Positions 56,175 to 64,000 of a stretch of DNA of 64,000 nucleotides are shown here, in pieces. Within the stretch, counting starts at the first letter, position 1. Every line of letters begins with the position of its first letter. The notes under the pieces were generated by a model. It ran no database searches. It worked only from the letters and a program-made list of their open reading frames with translations, and was not told the DNA's origin. Made by a program: the position numbers and the translations under genes. Source of the DNA: Terriglobia bacterium (GTDB taxonomy: Bacteria > Acidobacteriota > Polarisedimenticolia > Polarisedimenticolales > JAIQFR01); contig CAVVHE010000004.1 of NCBI GenBank assembly GCA_963748015.1, forward strand, positions 736,001-800,000, read 5' to 3'.

Positions 56175-59100
56175 ATGCTGATGAGGGTGCTAGGCTTCCT
56201 GCGAACCTACCTGATGCCCGTCGCGTTCCTCGTCTTTCTCGCGATCCTCTCCCTCACGCTGGGGCCGCGGATCGGGTTGAAGAAACCGTGGCACATCGTC
56301 GTGTTCGCCATCCTCCTCGGGCTGGCGATCCTGATCGACCTCTTCATCTGGTACGTCCAGCGGAAGCGGGAGAGGGGATTCGAGACCGCCATCGTGCAGC
56401 AGGCGCAGCAGGACATGGCCCGCGCCTCGGTGGCTCGCCGCGGCGAGATGGAGAACCTGATCGCCCGGTGGAAGGAGTCGATCCGGCTGCTGCGGGACGC
56501 GAACCTCAAGGGGAAGAACGTCCTCCAGAAGCTCCCGTGGTTCGCGGTCATCGGCGAGTCCGGCTCCGGGAAGACGACCCTGATCAAGAACTCCGGGCTC
56601 GACTTCCCGATCGGCGACGCCAAGATCCGCGGGATCGGCGGCACCAAGAACTGCGACTGGTGGTTCGCCAACGAGGCGATCATCCTCGACACCGCGGGCC
56701 GATACGCGTTCGAGGTGCAGAGCGCTCCCGACCGCGAGGAGTGGGAGAGGTTTCTCGCCCTCCTGAAGAAGACGCGCAAGCGCAGCCCCGTCAGCGGGCT
56801 GCTGGTGACGGTTCCCGCGGACTCCCTGCTGCGCAAGAGCGAGGACGAGCTGAGCACCTACGCCCAGCACCTGCGCGGGAAGATCAACGACCTCATGACG
56901 CGCCTCGAGATCGTCTTCCCGGTCTACCTCGTGGTGACCAAGGTCGACCTCGTAGAGGGATTCGTCGACTTCTTCAGCCGGTATCCGGCCAACCGGATCC
57001 GGGAGGCGGTCGGACGCACGTTCGCCGACGTCAGGCCGGCAAGCTGCGTCGAGACGGCCGGGAAGACCCTGGACGATCTCTACGATCGCCTCTGCTCGAT
57101 GAGCCTCGGACTGATGGAGGAAGGGGAGCCGGGGGCGCCCGCCCGTCCGTACCTGACCCATCCCGAGGAATTCCGCACGCTCGCCGGGAGGCTCAAGGTC
57201 TTCATCGAGTCGCTGTTCCGCGAGAACATCTACATGCGGAACCCGATCTTCCGGGGCCTGTATCTCACCAGCGGCACCCAGGAGGGGCGCACGATCACGA
57301 CCGCGTTCGCTCAGGCGGCCACGGGCCTCGGGATCAACCCGGACGTGCTGACGACCGCGTTCGCTGCCGAAACGCCAAAGCGCGCCTACTTCGTCCGCGA
57401 CCTCCTGAGCCGGATCCTGATCGAGGACGGCCGGCGGGACCTCGTCCGCGCCTTGGCGCTCGGGGGATCGCAGCAGTTCCTGAGGGCTTTCTACCGGGCG
57501 ATCCTGCCCGCGAGCCTGGTGGCGCTCCTGATTTTCGTGTGGCAGTTCGCCAGCTGGACGGCAGGCCGCGGGGATTGGAAGCAGCTCGCGACGGCCGTCT
57601 CCGACAGCCGGTTCTTGAGACGCGACTCGGCTCGGGGCCGGGACGTCTCGGAAGCGGTGCGGGATCTGTCGAGAATCAATGGGCTCCACGCCTCGGCGAC
57701 CGGACGGTCGGGCCTCGCGAATCTCGGCCTCGTGCGCCGCGACCCCGAGTACGGGCTGTACGCCGGGACCTTCGACAAGGCGGTCGAGAAGCACGTCCTC
57801 CAGCCCGTACTGGCGCGCATCAAGCAGGACCTCGAGGGCGGGCAGAGCGCGCCAAGGGACTTTCTGGAGGAGCTCGCGGCGTACGTTGCGTATCGCCGTG
57901 CGCAGGCGGAGCCCGCTTCCGTCGAGGCATCGCGCCTCGAAGGTCTCGCGGGACCGGCGAGCGGGAGCGATCGTCTGGGAGTGCAGAACGTGCGGCGAGA
58001 GCTGGGCTCGTTGGCGCACGCCTACGCGGCGATGGGCGGCAAGGAGTCCGGCGGGATCTCGTTCCCGACGGTGGCGCAGCGGATCCGCCAGATCGTCTCG
58101 GACCTCAATCGGACCGACCCCCTGAGCCAGCTCAGGAGTCTCGTGAGCGAAGGCGCCTCGGCGGTGCGGGCGAACTCGAGCGAGCAGGACGTCTCGGCGC
58201 TGTGGGAACGCCTGCGGCCGATCGCGTACGGGGCCGCCGGGGGAGGCAACATTCCGGCGGAGCTGGTGGAGCAGGTGGACCGCGACATGGAGTCCATCTC
58301 CGACGCGCGCGCGGCCCTCGAGGCGCTCAGAGTCCTGAAACCGCTGGTGGTGGCCGGCGTATCCGCGGCGCAGCCGGAGCAGGGGAGCGGGAAGCTGGGT
58401 TCCTTCGTGCAACTCGTGAGGACGCCCCTCGGGCAGGCTGCGGATGTCGCGGCGCCGCAATGCGCGCCGGTATCCGCCGACGACCCCGCGACCGTGTCGG
58501 CGGTGCAGGAGGCGCTGCAGAAGTTCGCGGCGGAGGTCGGGAAGGCGGCGGATGCCGCCCGCCAGGGCCTCGTCACCCTGAACGCGCAGATGTCGCCCGC
58601 GGACCAGATCGACGCGCAGGTCACCGCGGACCTCGTTCGCCGCGGCAGGATGGCGCTGGCCTACAAGACCTGCACCACCGGGTGGTTCGATGCCGAGGGG
58701 CCGCTGTCCCCCAAGAGCCTGAGCGGAGGGGGCGGTGCGGGAGGAGGAGGGGGCGAGGCGCAGCTCATCGGCCCCTCCGGCATGGGCATGTTCAAGTGCA
58801 GCGCGGCCCTGCCCTCCGGCGGGGGAGGGGCGGGAGCCGACCCGGCGGTGAAGGCGAAGTTGCAGGGGCTCTCCGCGCCGCTCCAGAAGCTCTGGGGGCT
58901 TTCGGACGTGCCGAGCGACCTCATCGAGGCGCAGAGGCTGCGCTGGGCGCAGATCGGCGGCGCGTCGGAGGGCGGCGGGGGAGGAGCACGGGCCGATTGG
59001 CGGCGGGCGCTCTCGAGGATCGAGCTCGACACCCCGGCGGACAGCTGGCAGCTCGAGATGATTCCCTCGCTCATCGCGAGCGACGGCGGGACCCTGAAGT

Positions 59101-60125
59101 CCATCGTCAACAAGATCAAGAACGGTCTCGCGGCGGCCGGAGAGCCGGCCTCGGATCTCGAGGGGTTCAACCCCGACTTCTACATGGCCGCGCTGTCGAA
59201 GATCGGCGAGCGGCTAGGGAGAGCGCTCGAAAGCCCACAGAAGGGCGTGGAGCTCGCGCGACTCAAGCAGGATCGGGCGCTGTTCGACGCGGCTCTGACG
59301 GCGGCGAGCCGCGCTCCGGGGTCGCTGCAACCGTTGCTCAAGAGGGTCCCGCAGACGATCCTCGAGAAGCTCGGAGGGGGTCCCGGAGTCGGCGACTTCT
59401 ACGAGAGCCAGCTCAGGCCGAAGCTGTCCGAGGCCGCGGCGCAGTACCCCTTCAAGGCGTCGTCGGACGTCGACGTTTCCCCGGCGAATTTCGACGATCT
59501 CTTCTCCGCGCAGGGGAAGCTCGCGCAGCTCAAGGAAGTGACCCAGAATCCGGGCGGGGCGCTGCGGCGCCTTCTCGACGCCGCCTCGAGGGTCGAGGAC
59601 GCGTACGGCGACGGCAAGGCGTTCGTGCTCAAGGTGACCCCCGAGGCGCCCGCGGTCCAGCTGGAGCCGGGCATCGAGAAGGAACGGCTGCCCCTGAGCT
59701 TCACGTCGTGGGGGATCACGCTCGCCGACACGCCGATCCAGGGGAAGACGTCCACGCGCGTGCAGGCCCGCCTGCAGGCCGATGCCACGAGCAAGCTGGA
59801 GCCGATCGAGTTCGAGATCGACCGGGGCGAGAAGCGGCTGGGCGGCCTCCTCGGCCGGAAGAAGGTCTACGAGAAGGAAGAGGTCAAGCTGGGCGACCTG
59901 CCGCCCCCGGCAAGCGGGGCGTGGTCGTTCCTCCGGTTCCTGCAGACGGGAAAGCCCGAGAAGAAGGGACCGGGCATCTTCCGGTGCTCGTGGCCGATTC
60001 CTCTCGAGGACAAGAAGTCCGGAAAGAAGATCGCGACGCTCGTGCTCGCCTACGAGGTCGCGTCGCCGGTGCTGGAGCCTTCCTTCTTCAAGGGGTTCGA
60101 GCCCCCAGCGGGAGTGGGGGATTGA
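56175..60125 (+). CDS. tssM: T6SS membrane complex subunit TssM (IcmF)
   Basis: LPWFAVIGESGSGKTT, CDWWF, DTAGRY, FPVYLVVTKVDL, RGLYLTSGTQEG, YPF, GAWSFLRF. Confidence 0.92.
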   Translation: MLMRVLGFLRTYLMPVAFLVFLAILSLTLGPRIGLKKPWHIVVFAILLGLAILIDLFIWYVQRKRERGFETAIVQQAQQDMARASVARRGEMENLIARWKESIRLLRDANLKGKNVLQKLPWFAVIGESGSGKTTLIKNSGLDFPIGDAKIRGIGGTKNCDWWFANEAIILDTAGRYAFEVQSAPDREEWERFLALLKKTRKRSPVSGLLVTVPADSLLRKSEDELSTYAQHLRGKINDLMTRLEIVFPVYLVVTKVDLVEGFVDFFSRYPANRIREAVGRTFADVRPASCVETAGKTLDDLYDRLCSMSLGLMEEGEPGAPARPYLTHPEEFRTLAGRLKVFIESLFRENIYMRNPIFRGLYLTSGTQEGRTITTAFAQAATGLGINPDVLTTAFAAETPKRAYFVRDLLSRILIEDGRRDLVRALALGGSQQFLRAFYRAILPASLVALLIFVWQFASWTAGRGDWKQLATAVSDSRFLRRDSARGRDVSEAVRDLSRINGLHASATGRSGLANLGLVRRDPEYGLYAGTFDKAVEKHVLQPVLARIKQDLEGGQSAPRDFLEELAAYVAYRRAQAEPASVEASRLEGLAGPASGSDRLGVQNVRRELGSLAHAYAAMGGKESGGISFPTVAQRIRQIVSDLNRTDPLSQLRSLVSEGASAVRANSSEQDVSALWERLRPIAYGAAGGGNIPAELVEQVDRDMESISDARAALEALRVLKPLVVAGVSAAQPEQGSGKLGSFVQLVRTPLGQAADVAAPQCAPVSADDPATVSAVQEALQKFAAEVGKAADAARQGLVTLNAQMSPADQIDAQVTADLVRRGRMALAYKTCTTGWFDAEGPLSPKSLSGGGGAGGGGGEAQLIGPSGMGMFKCSAALPSGGGGAGADPAVKAKLQGLSAPLQKLWGLSDVPSDLIEAQRLRWAQIGGASEGGGGGARADWRRALSRIELDTPADSWQLEMIPSLIASDGGTLKSIVNKIKNGLAAAGEPASDLEGFNPDFYMAALSKIGERLGRALESPQKGVELARLKQDRALFDAALTAASRAPGSLQPLLKRVPQTILEKLGGGPGVGDFYESQLRPKLSEAAAQYPFKASSDVDVSPANFDDLFSAQGKLAQLKEVTQNPGGALRRLLDAASRVEDAYGDGKAFVLKVTPEAPAVQLEPGIEKERLPLSFTSWGITLADTPIQGKTSTRVQARLQADATSKLEPIEFEIDRGEKRLGGLLGRKKVYEKEEVKLGDLPPPASGAWSFLRFLQTGKPEKKGPGIFRCSWPIPLEDKKSGKKIATLVLAYEVASPVLEPSFFKGFEPPAGVGD

Positions 60126-60153
60126 TCGGCCCGGTCTCGGTAGCGGCGGGAGC

Positions 60154-61143
60154 ATGAGCATGCAGTCGGTCGTGCTGCACGGCTTCGGGAAACTCCCCCT
60201 CGCGGGGGATTTCATCCACTTCCGGCTGGAAGGCGACGAGGCCCGCGCGTTCGCCGGCTGGCTCGAGCGGGGGCAGGCGCTCGTCGAGGGAATCCGGCGC
60301 GGCGGGGCGGAGGACAGCGCGGCGGCAGGCGATGCGCCCCGGCGGTTCCGCTTCGCGTTCGACCCCGGGAACGGACGCCGCCTCCTGTTCGGCGTGCTGC
60401 GCGAGAGCCACGACCGCGGCGCTCTCAGGCGCTTTCCCTTCGCGCTGTTCGCGTCCCTGGAGGCGTCGGGATACCGCGAGCGGCCTGCCCTGATGCCCAT
60501 GCTCTTCTCGCCGGCATGGGAGACGCTGGACGCTACGATGGAGACTCTCGGCCGGGTCCAGGGAACGGACGAGTTGTTCGGGCTCCTCAACCGGATGGAC
60601 GTTCCGGTGACGGATCCGGGGCGTCCCGCCTCGGGCGAGGTGGACGGGATCCTCTCCTCGACTGCCGCGGGCGCGTTCTTCGAGGCACTCCTAGGGGAGG
60701 GGAGCCTCGCGCGGCGGGTCGCGTTGTTCGACCTCCTGATCCAATCTCTCTCGCCGTTCCGGAAGAACCGCCCGGAGGAGGTTCCGGTCACGCTCAAGCT
60801 CCCGCTCTCGGGAGGGGTCGCCGACGTGCGGCTACAGAGCGTTTTCTGGGTGGAGCTGCTCTGCGGGATGCTCCGGGGAGCCCGCGTCGCCCCGAACCTC
60901 TTTCAGCGCGTCTCGCCGGAGAGCGGACTTCCGACGAGCCTGCAGGTGTTCTTTCAGCGGGCCGACGAGACGAATTTCGCGGCTCTCCTGACGAGACGGT
61001 ACGAGGCGGATTACGTGAGCGACCTGACCGATCTCGGGGCGGCGCCCCCGGCGCCGTCGGCGATCGGGAACTCCGCGCTCAAGCAAATCGAGTCGGAAGG
61101 CGCGACGCTGCAGGATCTGGTGCGCTTCCGGTGGATGGGCTAG
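60154..61143 (+). CDS. tagF: T6SS-associated regulator TagF
   Basis: GFGKLPLAGDF and ESHDRGALRRFPF motifs; follows tssM. Confidence 0.85.
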   Translation: MSMQSVVLHGFGKLPLAGDFIHFRLEGDEARAFAGWLERGQALVEGIRRGGAEDSAAAGDAPRRFRFAFDPGNGRRLLFGVLRESHDRGALRRFPFALFASLEASGYRERPALMPMLFSPAWETLDATMETLGRVQGTDELFGLLNRMDVPVTDPGRPASGEVDGILSSTAAGAFFEALLGEGSLARRVALFDLLIQSLSPFRKNRPEEVPVTLKLPLSGGVADVRLQSVFWVELLCGMLRGARVAPNLFQRVSPESGLPTSLQVFFQRADETNFAALLTRRYEADYVSDLTDLGAAPPAPSAIGNSALKQIESEGATLQDLVRFRWMG

Positions 61144-61157
61144 GAGCCGGTTTCCCG

Positions 61158-61186
61158 TTGACGCCGCGGGGCGAAGCGCGTAGTCT
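61158..61186 (+). promoter_or_regulatory. Candidate sigma-70 promoter upstream of tssA
   Basis: TTGACG (61158-61163), 17-nt spacer, TAGTCT (61181-61186), about 50 nt before the tssA start. Confidence 0.55.
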
Positions 61187-61234
61187 CGGACTAGTTTTGT
61201 CGTGTATTGACGAACGTGGCAGGGGTGAGGGAAG

Positions 61235-62830
61235 TTGAGCGATCCCACGGACAGCCGGCTCGAGGCCATCCTGAAACCCATCCCGGGGGACCGCCCGGCG
61301 GGACGGTCGGTCCGGTACGACCCCGACTACGAAATCCTCAAAGCCGAAACCGACAAGATCGGGAGCGTCGCGGCGGCCAGCGTGGATTGGGCGAAAGTCG
61401 GCACGCTCGCGGGGGAGATCCTCCAGCACAAGTCCAAGGACCTGCTCGTGATGAGCTATTTCAGCCTGGCGCAGTTCCAGACCGGGGGTTACGTGGGGCT
61501 CGCCGCGAGCCTCGGCGGGATGCGCAAGCTGATCGAGAACTACTGGGACGGGCTCTTCCCGGAGGTGAGCCGGATCCGGGCGCGCGTCGCCGCGATCGAG
61601 TGGCTCATCGAACGGTGCGCGGCGGCGGTGCAGCGAAAGGAACCGGCGCCGGACGAGGCCGGGTCTCTGGCGACGTGCGTCGAGGAGACGGAGGCGCTGG
61701 ACTCGTGCCTCCGGGAAAAGCTGCTGAACGATGCGCCCAGCCTGGGCGACATCCGCGGCGCGTTGAACGAGCGGCTGTCAGCCACCGCGGGAGCGGAGTC
61801 GGCGCCCGCGACCTCCGGGGACGTCCCCCCGGCGGCGGCGGAAGCCCCTGCCGGCGTGGCAGCCGTCCCTGTCGCGGCGCGCGACCTCTCGAGCTCCGAC
61901 GCGAGGGACGATTCGCTCAAGGAGACCCTGGCGACGCTCAGGTCTCTCGCGGTGGCGATCCGGCGCGCCGATCCGCGGGATCCGCTCGGCTACCGTCTCG
62001 TCCGGGTCGCCGCGTGGGGCCGCGTGAAGGGGACCCCCTCGGAGACGGACGGCAGGACGTCGGTGCCGGCGCTGGGGGCCTCGCCGGAGACGCTGGAGCG
62101 CCTCTCCACGCTCGCGGCGCGGGGAGAGTGGTCGGTACTCGTCGAGCAGGCGGAAAGCCAGTTCCTGGAGTCGGTCCTTTGGCTCGACGTCCATCGCTTC
62201 AGCGCTCAAGCTCTCAAGGGGATGGGACGGGAGTTCGAGCGGGCAGAGCGCGTGGTCGTCCACGAGCTCGGGCTTCACGTGCGGTCGTTTCCGAGAATGC
62301 TCGATCTGACGTTCAGCAACGGAATGCCCTTTGCCTCGGATGAGACGCGCGACTGGATCGGGCAGGTTGTCCTGAGCGGGCCCGGCCCCTCGGAGCCGGC
62401 GATGAGGAGCGCGGCGGCCGGGGACGGCGGGAAGGCGAACGACGAGGCGGTCGTTCGCGCCGTGGAGCTTGCCCGGTCGGGAAAGGTAGGCGAGGCGGTG
62501 GGCGTGCTCGCGGACGTCGTCGATCGTCCCGCGTCGGCGCGCGACCGCTTCCAGAGACGTTTGGCCCTGGCGCGGATCCTGGCCGAGGCCCGGGAGCTGA
62601 GGGCGGCGCTGGCCCAAATGGAGCGGGTCGAGATGGACCTGGCGCGCTTCGGGGTCGAGGAATGGGAGCCGGGACTCGCGGTGGAAGCGATCTCGGTGCA
62701 CCTTCGTCTCCAGCGCGCCCTGGCGAAGAGCGAGGGCAAGGGAGTCGCGGAGGTGGCCCGGAAGGCAGAGGAGCTGTACGCCAGGCTCGCGGGCCTCGAC
62801 GCCCGCGCGGCCCTGGCGATGAAGTCGTGA
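61235..62830 (+). CDS. tssA: T6SS TssA (ImpA_N plus VasJ-like)
   Basis: LKPIPGDRPAG..VRYDPDY, SKDL, YWDGLFP, WLDVHRF, LTFSNGMPFA, WEPGLA. Confidence 0.9.
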   Translation: MSDPTDSRLEAILKPIPGDRPAGRSVRYDPDYEILKAETDKIGSVAAASVDWAKVGTLAGEILQHKSKDLLVMSYFSLAQFQTGGYVGLAASLGGMRKLIENYWDGLFPEVSRIRARVAAIEWLIERCAAAVQRKEPAPDEAGSLATCVEETEALDSCLREKLLNDAPSLGDIRGALNERLSATAGAESAPATSGDVPPAAAEAPAGVAAVPVAARDLSSSDARDDSLKETLATLRSLAVAIRRADPRDPLGYRLVRVAAWGRVKGTPSETDGRTSVPALGASPETLERLSTLAARGEWSVLVEQAESQFLESVLWLDVHRFSAQALKGMGREFERAERVVVHELGLHVRSFPRMLDLTFSNGMPFASDETRDWIGQVVLSGPGPSEPAMRSAAAGDGGKANDEAVVRAVELARSGKVGEAVGVLADVVDRPASARDRFQRRLALARILAEARELRAALAQMERVEMDLARFGVEEWEPGLAVEAISVHLRLQRALAKSEGKGVAEVARKAEELYARLAGLDARAALAMKS

Positions 62831-62906
62831 CGGCGGATCTGGACCGGCGCGCGGCGCGGCGGAAGCGATCGGCGCCCCGGACGGAACAACCATAAGGAGC
62901 GAGGCG

Positions 62907-63419
62907 ATGGCCAAAGAAGGTTCGGTGGCCCCGCGGGAGCGGGTGAACATCACCTACAAGCCGGCTACGGGCGACGCGAAGGCGGAGGTGGAGCTGCCCC
63001 TGAAGCTCGTCATGATGGGGGACTACACCCTCCGCGCCGACGATCGGCCGCTCGAGGAGAGGAAACCGATCGGCGTCAGCAAGGACAACTTCGACGAGGT
63101 CATGAAGAAGCAGCAGCTCTCCCTCTCGTTCAACGTCCAGGACCGGCTCGCCGGGAAGGCCGACGCCGAGATGCCCGTGCACCTGAAGTTCGACACGCTG
63201 AAGGACTTCGCCCCGGAGTCGGTCGCGCAGCAGGTCCCCGAGCTGAACAAGCTTCTCGAGCTTCGGAAGGCCCTGCTGGCCTTGAAGGGACCCCTCGGGA
63301 ACATCCCCGGCTTCCGCAAGAAGCTGCAAGCGATGCTGGAAAGCGGGGCCGACGTGGAGAAGATCCTGGCGGAGCTGGGCGCCGCCGGTGGCGAAGAGGA
63401 AAAGGGCGAGGCGAAGTAG
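62907..63419 (+). CDS. tssB: T6SS sheath small subunit TssB
   Basis: APRERVNITY, VELPLKLVMMGD, DFAPESVAQQVPEL..LLELR. Confidence 0.95.
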   Translation: MAKEGSVAPRERVNITYKPATGDAKAEVELPLKLVMMGDYTLRADDRPLEERKPIGVSKDNFDEVMKKQQLSLSFNVQDRLAGKADAEMPVHLKFDTLKDFAPESVAQQVPELNKLLELRKALLALKGPLGNIPGFRKKLQAMLESGADVEKILAELGAAGGEEEKGEAK

Positions 63420-63474
63420 GTCGGGAGGCGACAACGAGCATGCGCCGCCTCGGGCGGCGAACAGGTGAGGCACC

Positions 63475-64000
63475 ATGGCGGATCAGAAGGAAGAACAGAG
63501 GCAACAAGCCGGAGCGACCGAGGAAGGAGCGGCCTCGCTGCTCGACTCGATCATGCAGGAGACCAAGATCCGGCCCTCGGACGACAGCTACGGTGTCGCC
63601 AAGCGCGGTCTCGGGGCGTTCATCAAACACCTCGTGGAGACGCGAGCGACGGGCAAGATCAACCAGGCCGCGGTCATCGAGATGATCGCGGAGATCGATC
63701 GGAAGCTCAGCGGGCAGGTCGACGCGATTCTCCACCACGAGATGTTCCAGAGGATGGAGTCGGCGTGGCGCGGCCTGAAGTTGGTCGTCGACAAGACCAA
63801 CTTCAGGGAGAACATCAAGATCGAGCTCCTCAACGTCTCGAAGGAGGACCTGCTGGCCGACTTCGAGGACTCCCCCGAGCTGGTCAAGTCGGGGCTGTAC
63901 AAGACGGTCTACTCGGACAACTACGGGGTGTTCGGCGGAGAGCCCGTCGCGGGGATGATCGCGAATTACGACTTCGGTCCCGGTCCTCAGGACGTCCGCC
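63475..64000 (+). CDS. tssC: T6SS sheath large subunit TssC (partial, runs off the window)
   Basis: Translated by hand from ATG 63475: ...IDRKLSGQVDAILHHEMFQRMESAWRGLKLVVDKTNFRENIKIELLNVSKEDL...SGLYKTVY...YGVFGGEP. Confidence 0.93.
   Translation, partial: MADQKEEQRQQAGATEEGAASLLDSIMQETKIRPSDDSYGVAKRGLGAFIKHLVETRATGKINQAAVIEMIAEIDRKLSGQVDAILHHEMFQRMESAWRGLKLVVDKTNFRENIKIELLNVSKEDLLADFEDSPELVKSGLYKTVYSDNYGVFGGEPVAGMIANYDFGPGPQDVR

Overview
High-GC bacterial chromosomal window. An Acidobacteriota-like origin is my inference from the pilin and secreted-protein motifs and is not verified. Main content in order: (i) a secreted hydrolase-like protein, then an NtrC-type two-component system with a near-consensus sigma-54 promoter upstream of a DUF2231-like gene and a sigma-70-family sigma factor. 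(ii) The standout locus (about 7.9-15.7 kb), a putative RiPP biosynthetic cluster. It has two tandem 38-aa Cys/Trp-rich precursor ORFs missed by the ORF track (8073-8189 and 8309-8425; shared MKFIVPPQK...TLCWxCSExPRACG). These converge on a translationally coupled operon encoding a degenerate ATP-grasp protein, a radical SAM/SPASM enzyme, an intact graspetide-synthetase-like ATP-grasp ligase and a putative metallopeptidase, with a divergent HlyD adaptor and ABC exporter. (iii) A pilin, an M16 peptidase pair, a homocitrate/isopropylmalate synthase-like gene, a Sel1 protein, an ECF sigma module with back-to-back symmetric promoters, 3-hydroxyacyl-CoA dehydrogenase plus ackA, a Tat-exported xanthine-dehydrogenase-family molybdoenzyme, a TPM pair, MarC, MntP, a histidine kinase, acyl-CoA dehydrogenase, DedA, an APC permease, a PP2C phosphatase, a chalcone-isomerase-like protein and a tricorn protease. 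(iv) The first half of a type VI secretion cluster (tssK-L-M-tagF-tssA-B-C, cut off at the window end), preceded by an unusual regulatory block: a large Ser/Thr kinase, an OmpA lipoprotein, a pseudokinase-like protein and an FHA-less TagH-like protein. Two single-base homopolymer frameshifts suggest assembly errors or recent pseudogenisation. No rRNA, tRNA, CRISPR array or transposase was recognised.
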